This document shows positions 51,492 to 62,155 of a stretch of DNA of 64,000 bases, in pieces. The stretch's first letter is position 1. Every line of letters starts with the position of its first letter. Source of the DNA: an uncultured Acidobacteriota bacterium (GTDB taxonomy: Bacteria > Acidobacteriota > UBA6911 > RPQK01 > JAPXNP01); assembly GCA_963777605.1 (NCBI GenBank), contig CAVZRV010000035.1, forward strand, positions 96,001 to 160,000, read 5' to 3'. The notes beneath the pieces were generated by a model. The model made no database searches. It saw nothing but the letters and a program-made list of their open reading frames with translations, and was not told where the DNA came from. The position numbers were made by a program, and so were the translations under genes.

Positions 51492-53463
51492 ATGCTTCAG
51501 CTAAAGAAGGGGGTCAACATTCTTTTCGAACTCGGGGGGATCAAGAGCCACCGCAGAGTTCACGAACTTTTCGAGGATCGCTTGGATGCGGAGAATCTTC
51601 GCAAACTGAAGTACATCGAAAACGACATCGCCTTGATGAAGATTGCCAACGCAATCGCCATGACGGAACCGGAGCACATCTTCATCAATACTGGTTCCCC
51701 GGAGGATCTGGAAACGATCCGCCGCTTCAGTTTGAAGAACGGCGAAGAGGAAGCTCTTGGGATAAAAGGCCATACTGTACATTTCGACCTTCCCGAAGAA
51801 CAGGCACGCATCGTTGATCGGACTTACTACATTATCAACGAGGGTTCCGACGTCAGCATCATGGCCCAGAAGATAGTCAGGGAAGAGGCACTCGAGTACA
51901 TCAGAGAGCATATGACGGGAATCGCCCGGGGGAAGACTCTCTTTGTCGGGTTCTACAGCCGAGGACCGATTGGAGCCCAGGCGGCCCTTCCGGCTTTGGA
52001 GATGAGTACCTCAGCCTACGTCATGCACTCGGCAAATATCCTGTACCGAAACGTCTACGAGCAGTTCGACGACGAGGTAGTCCGAGCCGGATATGTGATC
52101 ACCAATCTCCACTCCGAGGGACTGAACCGGCCGGAAGATCTGGCCAAAGCTCGGGTCTTCATGGACCGGAGTTGGCTGGTGACCTACTCGATGTACTGCA
52201 CCTATGCCGGCAATACGCTACTGCTCAAGAAGGGCAACCATCGTTTCGCCGTGGACCTGGCAACCTACTACAAGAAGGGATCCGAACTCTCCGAACACAT
52301 GTTCATTACAGGCCTGACTGGCCCCGGAGGAAGAAAAACCTATTTCGCAGGTGCGGCCCCCTCCGGCTGCGGAAAAACGACGACGGCAATGGTCGGCAGT
52401 GATTTCATCGGCGACGATTTGGCCCAACTTGTGGATCAATTCCACGGGGAGTCTGCGTGCCATCAACCCGGAATGCGGGATCTTCGGCATCGTCCGGGAC
52501 GTCAACAGGGAAGGCGATCCCAATCTCATAAAAGCTTTACGTGAGGAGGGAGCCGAGGTCATCTTCTCCAACATCCTGGTCAATGAGAACCGCGTGCCCC
52601 GTTGGGAAGGGGACGGCGATCCGCCTGCCAGTCGCGGCACCAATTTCCAGGGAGAATGGTGGGCAGGAAAGCAAGATGAGAGCGGGAATCCCGTCCCGAT
52701 TTCTCATCCCAACGCCCGCTGCACAGTTTCCTGCCAGGCAATCGGTAACTTCAACAGGGAGGCTGCCGAGGATCCGGAGGGGGTTGAAATCAAGATCGTA
52801 ACCTATAGCGGGCGTGACAGCGATACGATGCCTCCCATCGTCGTCGCCGAAAGCCCGGATCACGGCGTGGTTATCGGGGCCTCCATTCTTTCACAGGCCA
52901 CGGCAACGGAAGTCGGGGTTTCTGGAATCCGACGGCAACCCTGGGCGAACGAACCTTTCATTCCTGGTTCTCTGGCGGAGTACATGGACGCCCAGTTCAT
53001 GTTTTTCCACTCCTACAAGTTGAGACACAAACCGATCATAGCCGGCCTGAACTTCTTCCTGACCCGCGGCGCCCGCGGTGGGGAAGGATCGGGGTTGCTC
53101 GGTGAAAAGCGTGACGTCAGGGCATGGATGAACTGGCTCGAGCGGAGAGCTCACGGCGAAGTTGAAACGATTCGAACTCCCATCGGCCTGATTCCCAGAT
53201 ACGAGGACCTCAAGCCTCTCTTCGCAGAGATCGGCAAGGAGTATCCGGAAGAACTCTACGACAAGCAGTTCGCCCTCTACATTGACAATATTCTGGCCAA
53301 GATATCCCTGCAAAAGAAGGCGTGGGGTCAGGAAAGGGAAATCTCCTGGAGACTGTTCGAGATTTACGATGAACAGCGGATCGAACTGGAGGCCCTGAGG
53401 AAGCAATCCGGCCCGATCGTTTCGGCGGCTCAACTGCGGGGAGAAACGCACCGGGAGAACTGA
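51492..53463 (+). CDS. pckG: GTP-dependent PEP carboxykinase, split by a +1 base near 52429
   Basis: YAGN.L..KK, SEHMFI, APSGCGKT, IGDDLA, AINPE.G.FG, HPNAR. Confidence 0.85.
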
Positions 53464-53740
53464 CCAGAGGAAAGCAACGGGACGTTGCGAGACTCCAATA
53501 GCCGCAATCGAATCGCTTCGGGGGCTGGTTGTCCACAAGGTGTCCCAAGTAACATCCGAAAACAGCACCCTCACAGCTTGAGACTCTGGAAGAACGACCA
53601 GATCGATTCCAACGACCCGCTCGGTGAGCGGCTTCCCGAGCAATCCGGCATGGGCCACAACCGGGAACCCAATCTTGTCGGGGCTCTCCAGATACCTATC
53701 TCGATCTGTGCCGTCTGACCTTCAGCCATGGAGTTGCTTG

Positions 53741-54721
53741 ATGAATACGGACAGTGACCACGACACAGACCCGACAAAAGGTGGCGCGCCTCATAGCGGA
53801 GAGGACATCAATCGAGATCTCGGCCTCGGCAGCCGGGTGACTCAAGAGAGTCGACAGCGGTTCCTCAACCCCGACGGCAGTTTCAATGTCCAGCGCGAAG
53901 GGCTCTCATTCTTCCGATCCCTCAATCTGTACCACTGGCTCCTCAGAATCGGATGGGCGGTCTTCTTCACTTTGATTGGTCTCTCCTACCTGATTGCCAA
54001 CGTCTTCTTTGCCGTTGCGTATCTCCTCTGCGGGAACGGGTCCCTTCAGAATCTCAGTGATCCCCCGATGGGTAGTCGGTTTCTTGAGGCCTTTTTCTTC
54101 AGCGTTGAAACGATTTCGACCATCGGATACGGGACCCTGACCCCACACGGGCTGGCGGCGCATCTCCTCGTGACTCTCGAAGCGCTGGTCGGCCTGCTCG
54201 GTTTCGCACTGGCAACAGGACTGCTCTTCGCCAGATTCTCCAGGCCGAATGCCAAGATTCTGTACAGCAAGAAGGCAATCATCGCCCCCTACCAGGGCAT
54301 CACGGCATTGGAGGTCCGGATTGCAAACGCCCGCACAAGCCAGCTGGTCAACGTGAGAGCCACAGTCTCACTGAGTCGATTCGAGCTCACCGGGGACAGA
54401 GTGCGGCGGAAGTTCTATGACTTGGCTCTGGAGCGAAGGGAGGTCGTTTTCTTTCCGCTCCACTGGGTGATCGTGCATCCTATCGATGAATCGAGCCCCC
54501 TCTTCGGTGTCACGAAGGAGGAATTCGACAACTCTGATCCCGAAATCCTGATCCTGATCACAGCGATTGACGAGACCTTCTCGCAGACCGTCCACGCCCG
54601 CACGTCCTACAAACACACCGAAATCCTCTGGGGAGTCCGGTTCGCCGATATCTTTCTCCCGACCCATGACGGTCGTATCGCAGTCGATGTGCGAAGAATC
54701 AGCCAAGTCGAAGAAATCTGA
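53741..54721 (+). CDS. KirBac-type inward-rectifier K+ channel
   Basis: AFFFSVET.STIGYG, LFARFSRP, HPIDESSPL. Confidence 0.9.
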   Translation: MNTDSDHDTDPTKGGAPHSGEDINRDLGLGSRVTQESRQRFLNPDGSFNVQREGLSFFRSLNLYHWLLRIGWAVFFTLIGLSYLIANVFFAVAYLLCGNGSLQNLSDPPMGSRFLEAFFFSVETISTIGYGTLTPHGLAAHLLVTLEALVGLLGFALATGLLFARFSRPNAKILYSKKAIIAPYQGITALEVRIANARTSQLVNVRATVSLSRFELTGDRVRRKFYDLALERREVVFFPLHWVIVHPIDESSPLFGVTKEEFDNSDPEILILITAIDETFSQTVHARTSYKHTEILWGVRFADIFLPTHDGRIAVDVRRISQVEEI

Positions 54722-55110
54722 GGGAGCCATCGGGCACCTTTGCCGGCAGCCTGGAACTCGTCGTCAACGGTCAGGTCGTGGCACGTACCGCGGGGCGCGA
54801 TATGAGGGAGTTGCATTTGAGCCATTCGCTCCAGGTCGATCGAAGTTCCTGGGTGGCGCTTCGGACTTTTGAAAAGTACGCACTGGACAATGTCTTCGCT
54901 CACACCTCAAGAGTGGACGGCCCGATCCATTTTCGAACCTTTACTGGATTGAGTTGCTGAAAGTCGATCCGCAACAGGTCTCGACACACCCGATCTCAAT
55001 CGGTGACTACCGGATTCGACTTCGGGTCAGTTCTGTGGCGCCTGCCCAGTAGATGGTGAACTCTCGGCGGATGACAAGGACCGTGTTTCGACGGCCTGAG
55101 TCGAGCGAAT

Positions 55111-56715
55111 TCAGATTGGCCGGATGATTCCCATGGCCTTGATCTTCGAAGACAAGGTGGTCGGCTTCATCCCGAGTAAGGCGGCAGCGCCTTCAGTTCC
55201 GCTGATTTTCCATGAACATGCTCTCAGTCCCGCCACGATATTGTCCCGCTCAAACTGCCTTATCTCCCCGGCCGTAAGGATCTTCTCAGACCCGGAGAGC
55301 GGCCTGGAATCTGGACGTCTTTTAACTGTTTTGGAGGATGGATTCGTCGAGGCCAGTTCGAAGGACAACCGGGCTCCCCGCTGAGAAATCAGCGCTCGCT
55401 CGATGACGTTCTCCAACTCGCGTACGTTTCCCGGCCAATCATACGCTTCGAGCTCGTGAACGTGCCTTTTCTTCAGGCGAGGCTGAGCGACAGACAGGCG
55501 CGATGCGATGTGTTGAACGAAGTAGGCGGTGAGCAGGCCGATATCTTCTCGGTGTTCCCGAAGGGGCGGGGTTTCGATGGGAAAGACGCTCAGGCGATAG
55601 TAGAGATCTGCCCGGAATCGTCCCCTTGTCACTTCGGCGTGCAGGTCCCGGTTGGTCGCAGCGATGATCCGGACGTCTACTGATCGGGACCTCTCCTCAC
55701 CGACCGGTTCGAACTCGCCTTCCTGAAGCGCGCGGAGCAGCTTCGCCTGCAGGCTCAACGGAATCTCTCCGACTTCATCGAGGAACAGCGTGCCTCCGTC
55801 GGCGATTTGAAACCGCCCGACGCGATCTCGCACGGCGCCGGTGAACGACCCTTTCACATGCCCGAAGAATTCACTCTCGAAGAGCTCTTTGGGAATCGTC
55901 GCGCAGTTGACGCGCACCAGCGGTCGATTCCTGCGAGTGCTTTTCCGGTGGATTTCCCGGGCGACCAGTTCTTTGCCCGTTCCGGTCTCTCCATGAATGA
56001 GCACCGTTGAGTTCGTGGGCGCAACGAGGTCGATCTGCTGGAGAACCTTCTGGATCGCCGAACTATGTCCAATGATCTTCTCTGAAGACAGCGCCGCTTC
56101 CGCCTCCTCTCGCAGGTACTCATTCTCGGCTTCGAGTCGGCTTCGCAGCCGCTCTACCTCTTCGAAGGCTCGTGCATTGGCGATCGCGGCGGCGGCGTTG
56201 TCGGCGAACGTCCGGAGCATGGCGAGTTCGGACTTCGTGATGCGCGAGCGGCTGAAGATCGCCAAGACTCCCAGCACCTCGCCGCGAAAGATGAGGGGCT
56301 GGCCGGCGAAGCAGCGGACTCCCTCGCTTCGGACCCAGTCGGGATCCCTGGCCCATCGGAGTTCCGAATCCAGATTGCTGAGCAGCATCGATTCCCCTGT
56401 CGCTCCGACTCGTCCAACTTTCCGGACTCCGAGTGGGAATCGGCGGAATTGGCCGTCCAGTCGAGTCGGCCGGGGTGTCGCGGCCTGCAGCGGCCGTCCA
56501 TCCGATGCGACGAGGTGAAGGCAGCTGGTTCGATCCGGGCACTCCTGTCGGGCCGGACACTGCTCGCAGATATCTCCAGGTCCAACCAGCCAGATGCGAG
56601 CCAGCACCGTTTCCCCACTTTCGGCAAGCCCGCGGACAATCCGCTTCAGGATATCCCCGACCGACCGCTCATTGGCGACCGATAGGGCCACCGCCTGCAA
56701 GAATTCGACGTTCAT
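55111..56715 (-). CDS. GAF-domain sigma54-dependent activator (FhlA/HyfR-like)
   Basis: GETGTGKE, ESEFFGH..GSFTGA, LFLDEVGE, WPGNVRELEN, Fis-HTH. Confidence 0.93.
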   Translation of the reverse strand: MNVEFLQAVALSVANERSVGDILKRIVRGLAESGETVLARIWLVGPGDICEQCPARQECPDRTSCLHLVASDGRPLQAATPRPTRLDGQFRRFPLGVRKVGRVGATGESMLLSNLDSELRWARDPDWVRSEGVRCFAGQPLIFRGEVLGVLAIFSRSRITKSELAMLRTFADNAAAAIANARAFEEVERLRSRLEAENEYLREEAEAALSSEKIIGHSSAIQKVLQQIDLVAPTNSTVLIHGETGTGKELVAREIHRKSTRRNRPLVRVNCATIPKELFESEFFGHVKGSFTGAVRDRVGRFQIADGGTLFLDEVGEIPLSLQAKLLRALQEGEFEPVGEERSRSVDVRIIAATNRDLHAEVTRGRFRADLYYRLSVFPIETPPLREHREDIGLLTAYFVQHIASRLSVAQPRLKKRHVHELEAYDWPGNVRELENVIERALISQRGARLSFELASTNPSSKTVKRRPDSRPLSGSEKILTAGEIRQFERDNIVAGLRACSWKISGTEGAAALLGMKPTTLSSKIKAMGIIRPI

Positions 56716-56728
56716 CCGGTAAGTTTAG

Positions 56729-56779
56729 ACGAAATCTCGTTTAACTCAAACGACATTTCGTTATTCAACGAAATGTCGT
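56729..56779. promoter_or_regulatory. Probable enhancer (UAS) sites of the sigma54 activator
   Basis: Three ACGAnATnTCGT boxes, including the inverted pair ACGACATTTCGTT-N4-AACGAAATGTCGT. Confidence 0.65.
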
Positions 56780-56849
56780 CACTGAAAGCGTGTTCCTCCT
56801 CCAGATTCAAGTCTTTAAGATTGAATTGCATAGCGGTTCTCCGATCGAT

Positions 56850-56864
56850 TGGAACGCCTGTTGC
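56850..56864 (+). promoter_or_regulatory. Sigma54 -24/-12 promoter
   Basis: TGGAACGCCTGTTGC = GG-N10-GC; divergent from the activator. Confidence 0.75.
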
Positions 56865-56985
56865 GTTCTCCAGGGTCAACAGGTCACCTCCCGGGAAAGT
56901 AGCAACCCCTGGTCGAGGTGGCCGCCGGCGCTCAGAGATCAGCGCGCCAACCGCAAACACTCACGCAACGCAAAGGAGGATCACA

Positions 56986-57846
56986 ATGAATACGCAACAG
57001 AAACCCGGTCGTCCCACAGACTTCTCTCCCGTTCTGGTTTTGGGTTCCACAGGAAAAACCGGTCGGCGAATTGTCCGGCGTCTCCTGGAGACAGGGCACC
57101 CTGTACGCCAGGGCTCGCGCCGATCTGATCCGCCGTTCGACTGGAAGGATGCGGGCACCTGGGCCACGGTGCTTGACGGCGTCGGTTCGGTGTACATCAG
57201 CTACGCTCCCGATCTCGCTATCCCGGGGGCCACAGATGCCGTTCGTGCCTTCGTCGACTGTGCGAAGCGGCACGGGGTTCGCCGCCTGGTTCTGCTTTCG
57301 GGTCGCGGAGAAGAGGAGGCGCAACGGTGCGAGCGGATCGTCCAGCGTGCCGACGTCGAATGGACTATTGTTCGTTGCAGCTGGTTCAGTCAAAACTTCT
57401 CCGAAGGCGCCTTCCTCGACATGGTGCTTGCGGGCGAGCTGGCGCTCCCCGTCGGGAGAGTCCGAGAGCCGTTCGTTGATGCGGACGATATCGCTGATGT
57501 CGCTGTCGCTGCTTTGACCGAAGACGGTCATGCCGGGCAGGTATACGAACTCACCGGTCCGCGCCTGCTCACGTTCGCCGAAGCAGCGGGCGAAATTTCC
57601 AGCGCTGCCGGTCGCGAGCTCCGATATTTGAAAATCCCACAGGAGGCTTTCACGGCCGGTATCGCTGAGGCGGGCCTGCCCGAGGACCTTACGTGGCTCC
57701 TGAGCTACCTGTTTACCACCGTCCTGGACGGTCGAAACGCCTCGGTCGCCGATGGCGTTCAGAAGGCGCTCGGCCGTGAGCCGCGTGACTTTGCCGACTT
57801 CACCCGCGCCGCCGCCGCATCGGGCGTGTGGAATGTCCCCGCGTGA
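56986..57846 (+). CDS. NmrA-like NAD(P)H-binding protein (atypical SDR)
   Basis: AGGAGG RBS; VLGSTGKTG, FVDADDIA, YELTGP. Confidence 0.9.
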   Translation: MNTQQKPGRPTDFSPVLVLGSTGKTGRRIVRRLLETGHPVRQGSRRSDPPFDWKDAGTWATVLDGVGSVYISYAPDLAIPGATDAVRAFVDCAKRHGVRRLVLLSGRGEEEAQRCERIVQRADVEWTIVRCSWFSQNFSEGAFLDMVLAGELALPVGRVREPFVDADDIADVAVAALTEDGHAGQVYELTGPRLLTFAEAAGEISSAAGRELRYLKIPQEAFTAGIAEAGLPEDLTWLLSYLFTTVLDGRNASVADGVQKALGREPRDFADFTRAAAASGVWNVPA

Positions 57847-58242
57847 AGTCGATTGGTGGCGGGACCGGGCTGGCGGAGTAGCGGTTCTCGGGACGACGGC
57901 CGAACCCTCGAGAGCTGTACTGACTTAAAACTTCAATTAGGATGAACTGGAAATCCTGGATGATTTGGGCGCGTCTGGACGGAGATTGAGGCGATCGGTG
58001 GAGAGCCAGGGCGCGATTATCGGCTGGATCCTGGTTCCTGGTCCGGTGCCAGACGTGGATGAGTGAGGATCACGGGATCGGCGCCGGGCTGGCCCCTGAA
58101 GGGGGCCTGTTTCCAGCCCAGGCATTTGCCTGGGTTCACGGCCCACCCATCAAGAATCCAGCCCTGAAAGGGCGGCACAGCTCTCCGGACGTGAAGAATC
58201 GGCGCGACCTTACAGGCCGCAATCGAAGTGCAGGACCACGGA

Positions 58243-58360
58243 GGGGCTGTTGCAAAAGTCGTTTGGACCGCAAAACATACCCCATATCTTGGGTTCAGTA
58301 GGACGGCCTCCCTATATGTGGTACCTAAATTGGGCCTTTTTGGAGTTTTGCAACAGCCCC
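58243..58360. mobile_element. 118-bp MITE-like element
   Basis: 15-bp perfect TIRs GGGGCTGTTGCAAAA / TTTTGCAACAGCCCC; no ORF. Confidence 0.7.
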
Positions 58361-58660
58361 CTGAAACCAAGGCGCCTTGTCCAGTTTCACTCTTTGAATG
58401 ATCCGGCGGCCCTCGGCATGGGATTTCGGGCCGACGAGGTCCGGAGCCAGGTGATCCAATACACCAGCTTCCGGTGGAACTCCCGCCTGGTGATTCAAAT
58501 CCGCCGACCAGTCAAAGAGGATCCTCATGGCTCCGAAATCAGACTTAGTAGGCCGGAATTGTCCGGATTCTTCTGCTATTCTTGAACAAGCGATTCAACG
58601 TTGCTTGTCGCGCTCCGACAACGCGGATGATGTGAACAATCCTGAGAGGACGTGCTCCCC

Positions 58661-60064
58661 ATGAAAACGATGGCCCTTTTCCTGCTCGGTCTGGCGGTCA
58701 TATCGATCGCGGCGGCCGGGACTCCGAAGTCCTTTTCCTTCGACGTCGGCTCACCGTTTCCCGCAGTTGTGCTGCCCTCGATGGACGGCGGCAGCCCCCT
58801 GTCCGTCGAGGACTTCCGCGGAAGGAAGCTAGTCTTGCACATCTGGGCCTCGTGGTGAGCGGGCTGCCGAAAGCACGTGCCCGGGTGGCACGCCAAAACC
58901 GAATCGCTTCAGAACGAAGGACGCATCCAGATGCTCGGGATCGTCGAAGAGCAGCACCCCGACCGTACACGCCTCTTCATGCAATGGAAGCAGATGTCCT
59001 GGCCGGTGATGGTCGACTCCCTGAATCTGCTCGGAGTATCTGGTGTTCCGACGACCTTCCTGATCGACGAGGCCGGAATCATCAGGGCGGTGCAGCCGGA
59101 TGACTCGCAGTTCCAGAAATTTCTCAACCGGCCTGCTCCAGGCGACTATGCCGCAGGTCTGCACCGGGAGACACAAATCCCGAATCTCGAAGAACTCGAG
59201 AAGGCTGCATCCGCCGGCAACGAAGGAGCGGAGGTCGCACTGGCCGATGCTCTCTTCCTCTGGCGCAACGGGAAGGAATCGCTCGATCGAGCGATCGAAC
59301 TCTACTCAAGAGCGCTGGTGCAAGCTCCCGACGACGGGGCGATCCACTTCCGAAGAGGCGTCACCTACCGAAAACGGTCGGAGTTGAGCGGGAATGCCGG
59401 TGATTTCAAGTTGGCGATCGAAGAATGGAGCCACGCGCTGGGGATCAATCCCAACCAGTACATCTGGCGGCGCCGCATCCAGCAGTATGGTCCCCGGCTC
59501 GACAAGCCCTACTCTTTCTACGACTGGATCCACCAGGCCAGAAAGGAGATTGCAGACCGAGGCGAGACGCCGGAGGCTCTGTCGGTTGAACCGGGCGGAG
59601 CCGAGTTCGCCTACCCGGCGAAAAACGGTGACGGGGGCGGCGGCGAACCGGTGAAAAACCCCGATCCTCGGGGTCGCGTCTATCGCGACAGCGAAGGACT
59701 CATCCGCATCCAACAGATCCCCGTCCCCGACACCTCCCGGGGTAACCGGGTGGTGCGAATCCATCTCGAGTTAGAACCGAACCAGGCCATCAAGGCCCAC
59801 TGGAACAACGAGGCGGGAGACATGCAGATCTGGGTCGATCCCCCGAAGGGGTGGACGACCGATACTCAACTCCTTCGCTACGAGGTCCCGCCCGAACCGG
59901 TCTCAGTGGAGCGCCGGTCGGTCGAGTTTGAATTGCACGGTCCCGAAGACGTCACGGGGCCGGCTTCGGGAAGTGCGTACGCGCTCTACTACGTATGCGA
60001 AGACGTCAACGGCACCTGCCTCTACCGCAGGCAGGACGTGCCGATCCATCTGGAGGTCGAATAG
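58661..60064 (+). CDS. Selenoprotein: secreted TlpA-like thioredoxin (UxxC), TPR region and DsbD-N-like domain; Sec at TGA 58856-58858
   Basis: Two in-frame ORFs join as HIWASW-U-AGCR; hairpin CGTGCC-CGGGT-GGCACG 3' of the UGA; C-terminal YVCEDVNGTC. Confidence 0.85.
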
Positions 60065-60155
60065 CAGTTGGGACAACTGGAGAAAATCGAAGGTAAAGCA
60101 GTCGCCTTCCGTTGCGCCAACCCCGACTGCAAGGTCCGCCCCCAGACCGGCTCGC

Positions 60156-61667
60156 CTAGAGCGTCCAGGCAAGCCACTTCTTGAATACTTTCTTGACGAA
60201 TGGAGTCAGCCGGGTCCGGTTGTAGGCGTCCGCGGCCTTCCGGATCGCTTCGGCCTGGGTCGGGTATGGGTGGATGACCCCGGACAGCTTGCCCAGCCCG
60301 GCACCGAGGCTCATCGCCAGCGTCAGTTCGCTGATCATCTCGCCGGCATGCCGAGCCACGATCGTCCCTCCGAGAATCTGGTCGGTCCCCGCTTTCACGT
60401 GGATCTTGACGAACCCGTCCTCTTCTCCATCCGTGATCGCCCGGTCCACCGAATCGAACGGTTGGACATAGGTCTGCACCTCGATTCCCTGCTTCCGGGC
60501 GTCGGCTTCGTACATGCCGACATGGGCAATTTCCGGATCGGTATAAGTGCACCAGGGGATAATCAGGCTTCCGGTCCTTTTCCTGCCCAGGAACAGTGCA
60601 TTCTGGATAACAATCCGAGCCATCGCGTCGGCGGTGTGAGTAAACTTGTAGGGAAAGCAAACATCACCGGCCGCAAAGATCGACGGGTTGGTGGTCTGCA
60701 GCTTCTCGTTGACCCGGACCCCGGCCCGGGCCTCATAATCGACTCCGACCATCTCGAGGTTGAGATCGTCGACATTGGGGATCCGGCCCGCGCCAACCAG
60801 AATTTCGTCGACGTGCAGGTCGGCGCAGCCGTCTTCGAAGACAACAATCTTCTCCCCGTCGACCGACCGGACCTCCCGGATCCGACACCCCAGGACCAGA
60901 TTGATTCCGTCGCGCTTCATGGCATTTTGGACGATGAGGGCCGCATCGGGATCCTCGCGAGTGAGAATCTGTTGCTGCGCTTCCAGCACCGAGACCAGGG
61001 ATCCGAAGCGCTGGAAGGCCTGAGCGAGTTCGCAACCGATCGGGCCGGCCCCAATCACCGCCAAACGCTCGGGCAACCGGGTCAGGGAAAAGACGGTTTC
61101 GTTGGTCAGGTACCCGGCCTCGGCGAGCCCCGGTATCGGAGGGTGAGCCGCGCGGGCACCGGTCGCAATGACCGCCTTTTTGAAGTGGATCTTCCGGTCG
61201 CCGACTTCGATCGAGTCTTCGCTGTTGAAGCGGCCCTCGCCCAGGAAGACATCCACCCCGAGGTCGTGGAATCGCTTGACCGAGTCCTGCTTGCTGATCC
61301 CCGACCGAAGCCGCCGCATTCGTTCCATGACGGCTGGAAAATCGACTTCCACCGGTCCTCCGACGAGCACGCCGAAAGCCTTCCCGTCGCGCGCGTCAAA
61401 GGCCGCCCGCGCCGACCGGATCAGCGCTTTGGAAGGGACGCATCCCACGTTCAGGCAGTCGCCACCCATCAAGTGCCTTTCGATTAGCGCTACCCTGGCG
61501 CCAAGGCCGGCGGCACCGGCAGCGGTGACCAAACCCGCAGTGCCGGCGCCGACCACCACGAGGTTGTAGGCAGGGGCCGGCCGGGGGTTGACCCAATCGG
61601 GAGGATGGACGTTGGAGACCAGGGCCTGGTTGTATCGATCCTGCGGTTCGACGGTGACAGTTTGCAT
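60156..61667 (-). CDS. Mercuric-reductase-like pyridine nucleotide-disulfide oxidoreductase
   Basis: GAGTAG, GGDCLNVGCVPSK, GAGPIG.E, HPYPT; no C-terminal CC pair. Confidence 0.88.
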   Translation of the reverse strand: MQTVTVEPQDRYNQALVSNVHPPDWVNPRPAPAYNLVVVGAGTAGLVTAAGAAGLGARVALIERHLMGGDCLNVGCVPSKALIRSARAAFDARDGKAFGVLVGGPVEVDFPAVMERMRRLRSGISKQDSVKRFHDLGVDVFLGEGRFNSEDSIEVGDRKIHFKKAVIATGARAAHPPIPGLAEAGYLTNETVFSLTRLPERLAVIGAGPIGCELAQAFQRFGSLVSVLEAQQQILTREDPDAALIVQNAMKRDGINLVLGCRIREVRSVDGEKIVVFEDGCADLHVDEILVGAGRIPNVDDLNLEMVGVDYEARAGVRVNEKLQTTNPSIFAAGDVCFPYKFTHTADAMARIVIQNALFLGRKRTGSLIIPWCTYTDPEIAHVGMYEADARKQGIEVQTYVQPFDSVDRAITDGEEDGFVKIHVKAGTDQILGGTIVARHAGEMISELTLAMSLGAGLGKLSGVIHPYPTQAEAIRKAADAYNRTRLTPFVKKVFKKWLAWTL

Positions 61668-62155
61668 ATCGTACTCTTTACTTTCTCCCTGCATTCCATT
61701 GACTGATTCGGACCGCCCGGCACTTACACCCTACGGCACTGAAGGCCTCTCAGATGCTCCTGAAGGTCCAACTGCCTCCCGAACCAGAACGAGGCGACCC
61801 GGGCGAGCAGCACCATAAGCGCTCGCGCAAGCGGCTTCACGCTCTTCCGGTTAACGCTGCTTGCCATGACTGAAACTCCCTTGTCCGATCGTTCCCGGAT
61901 CTGCCCCGGGAACGCGTGTCTTTTCCGTGCGCGGTATGTTCTCGGCAAGTGAGTGCTCAAAGGTTTCCAGATTTTACAGGTTTCCGGGGTTAGCTATAAT
62001 GGCTCCCGCGCCGGCACCCAGATTTCTGTGAGCAAAGGCGAAGCCCGGCCTTGCCCGGGACGAACTGAGCGGATCGACTTCGCGACCTCGAACGGCATCG
62101 ATTGGCACATTGAGTCTCAGAGTTCCCGAAAAGATGACGTGGAAAGGTGGAAAGC

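Noticed and set aside
54740-54960. Possible C-terminal remnant of a CehA/McbA-like metallohydrolase (SSWVALR...FAHTS)
   Set aside because: Too short to support as a feature
60156-61667. True mercuric reductase merA
   Set aside because: Lacks the C-terminal Cys-Cys pair and any mer operon genes
62102-62118. TGGCAC as a sigma54 promoter for the PrdB-like gene
   Set aside because: No GC at the -12 position
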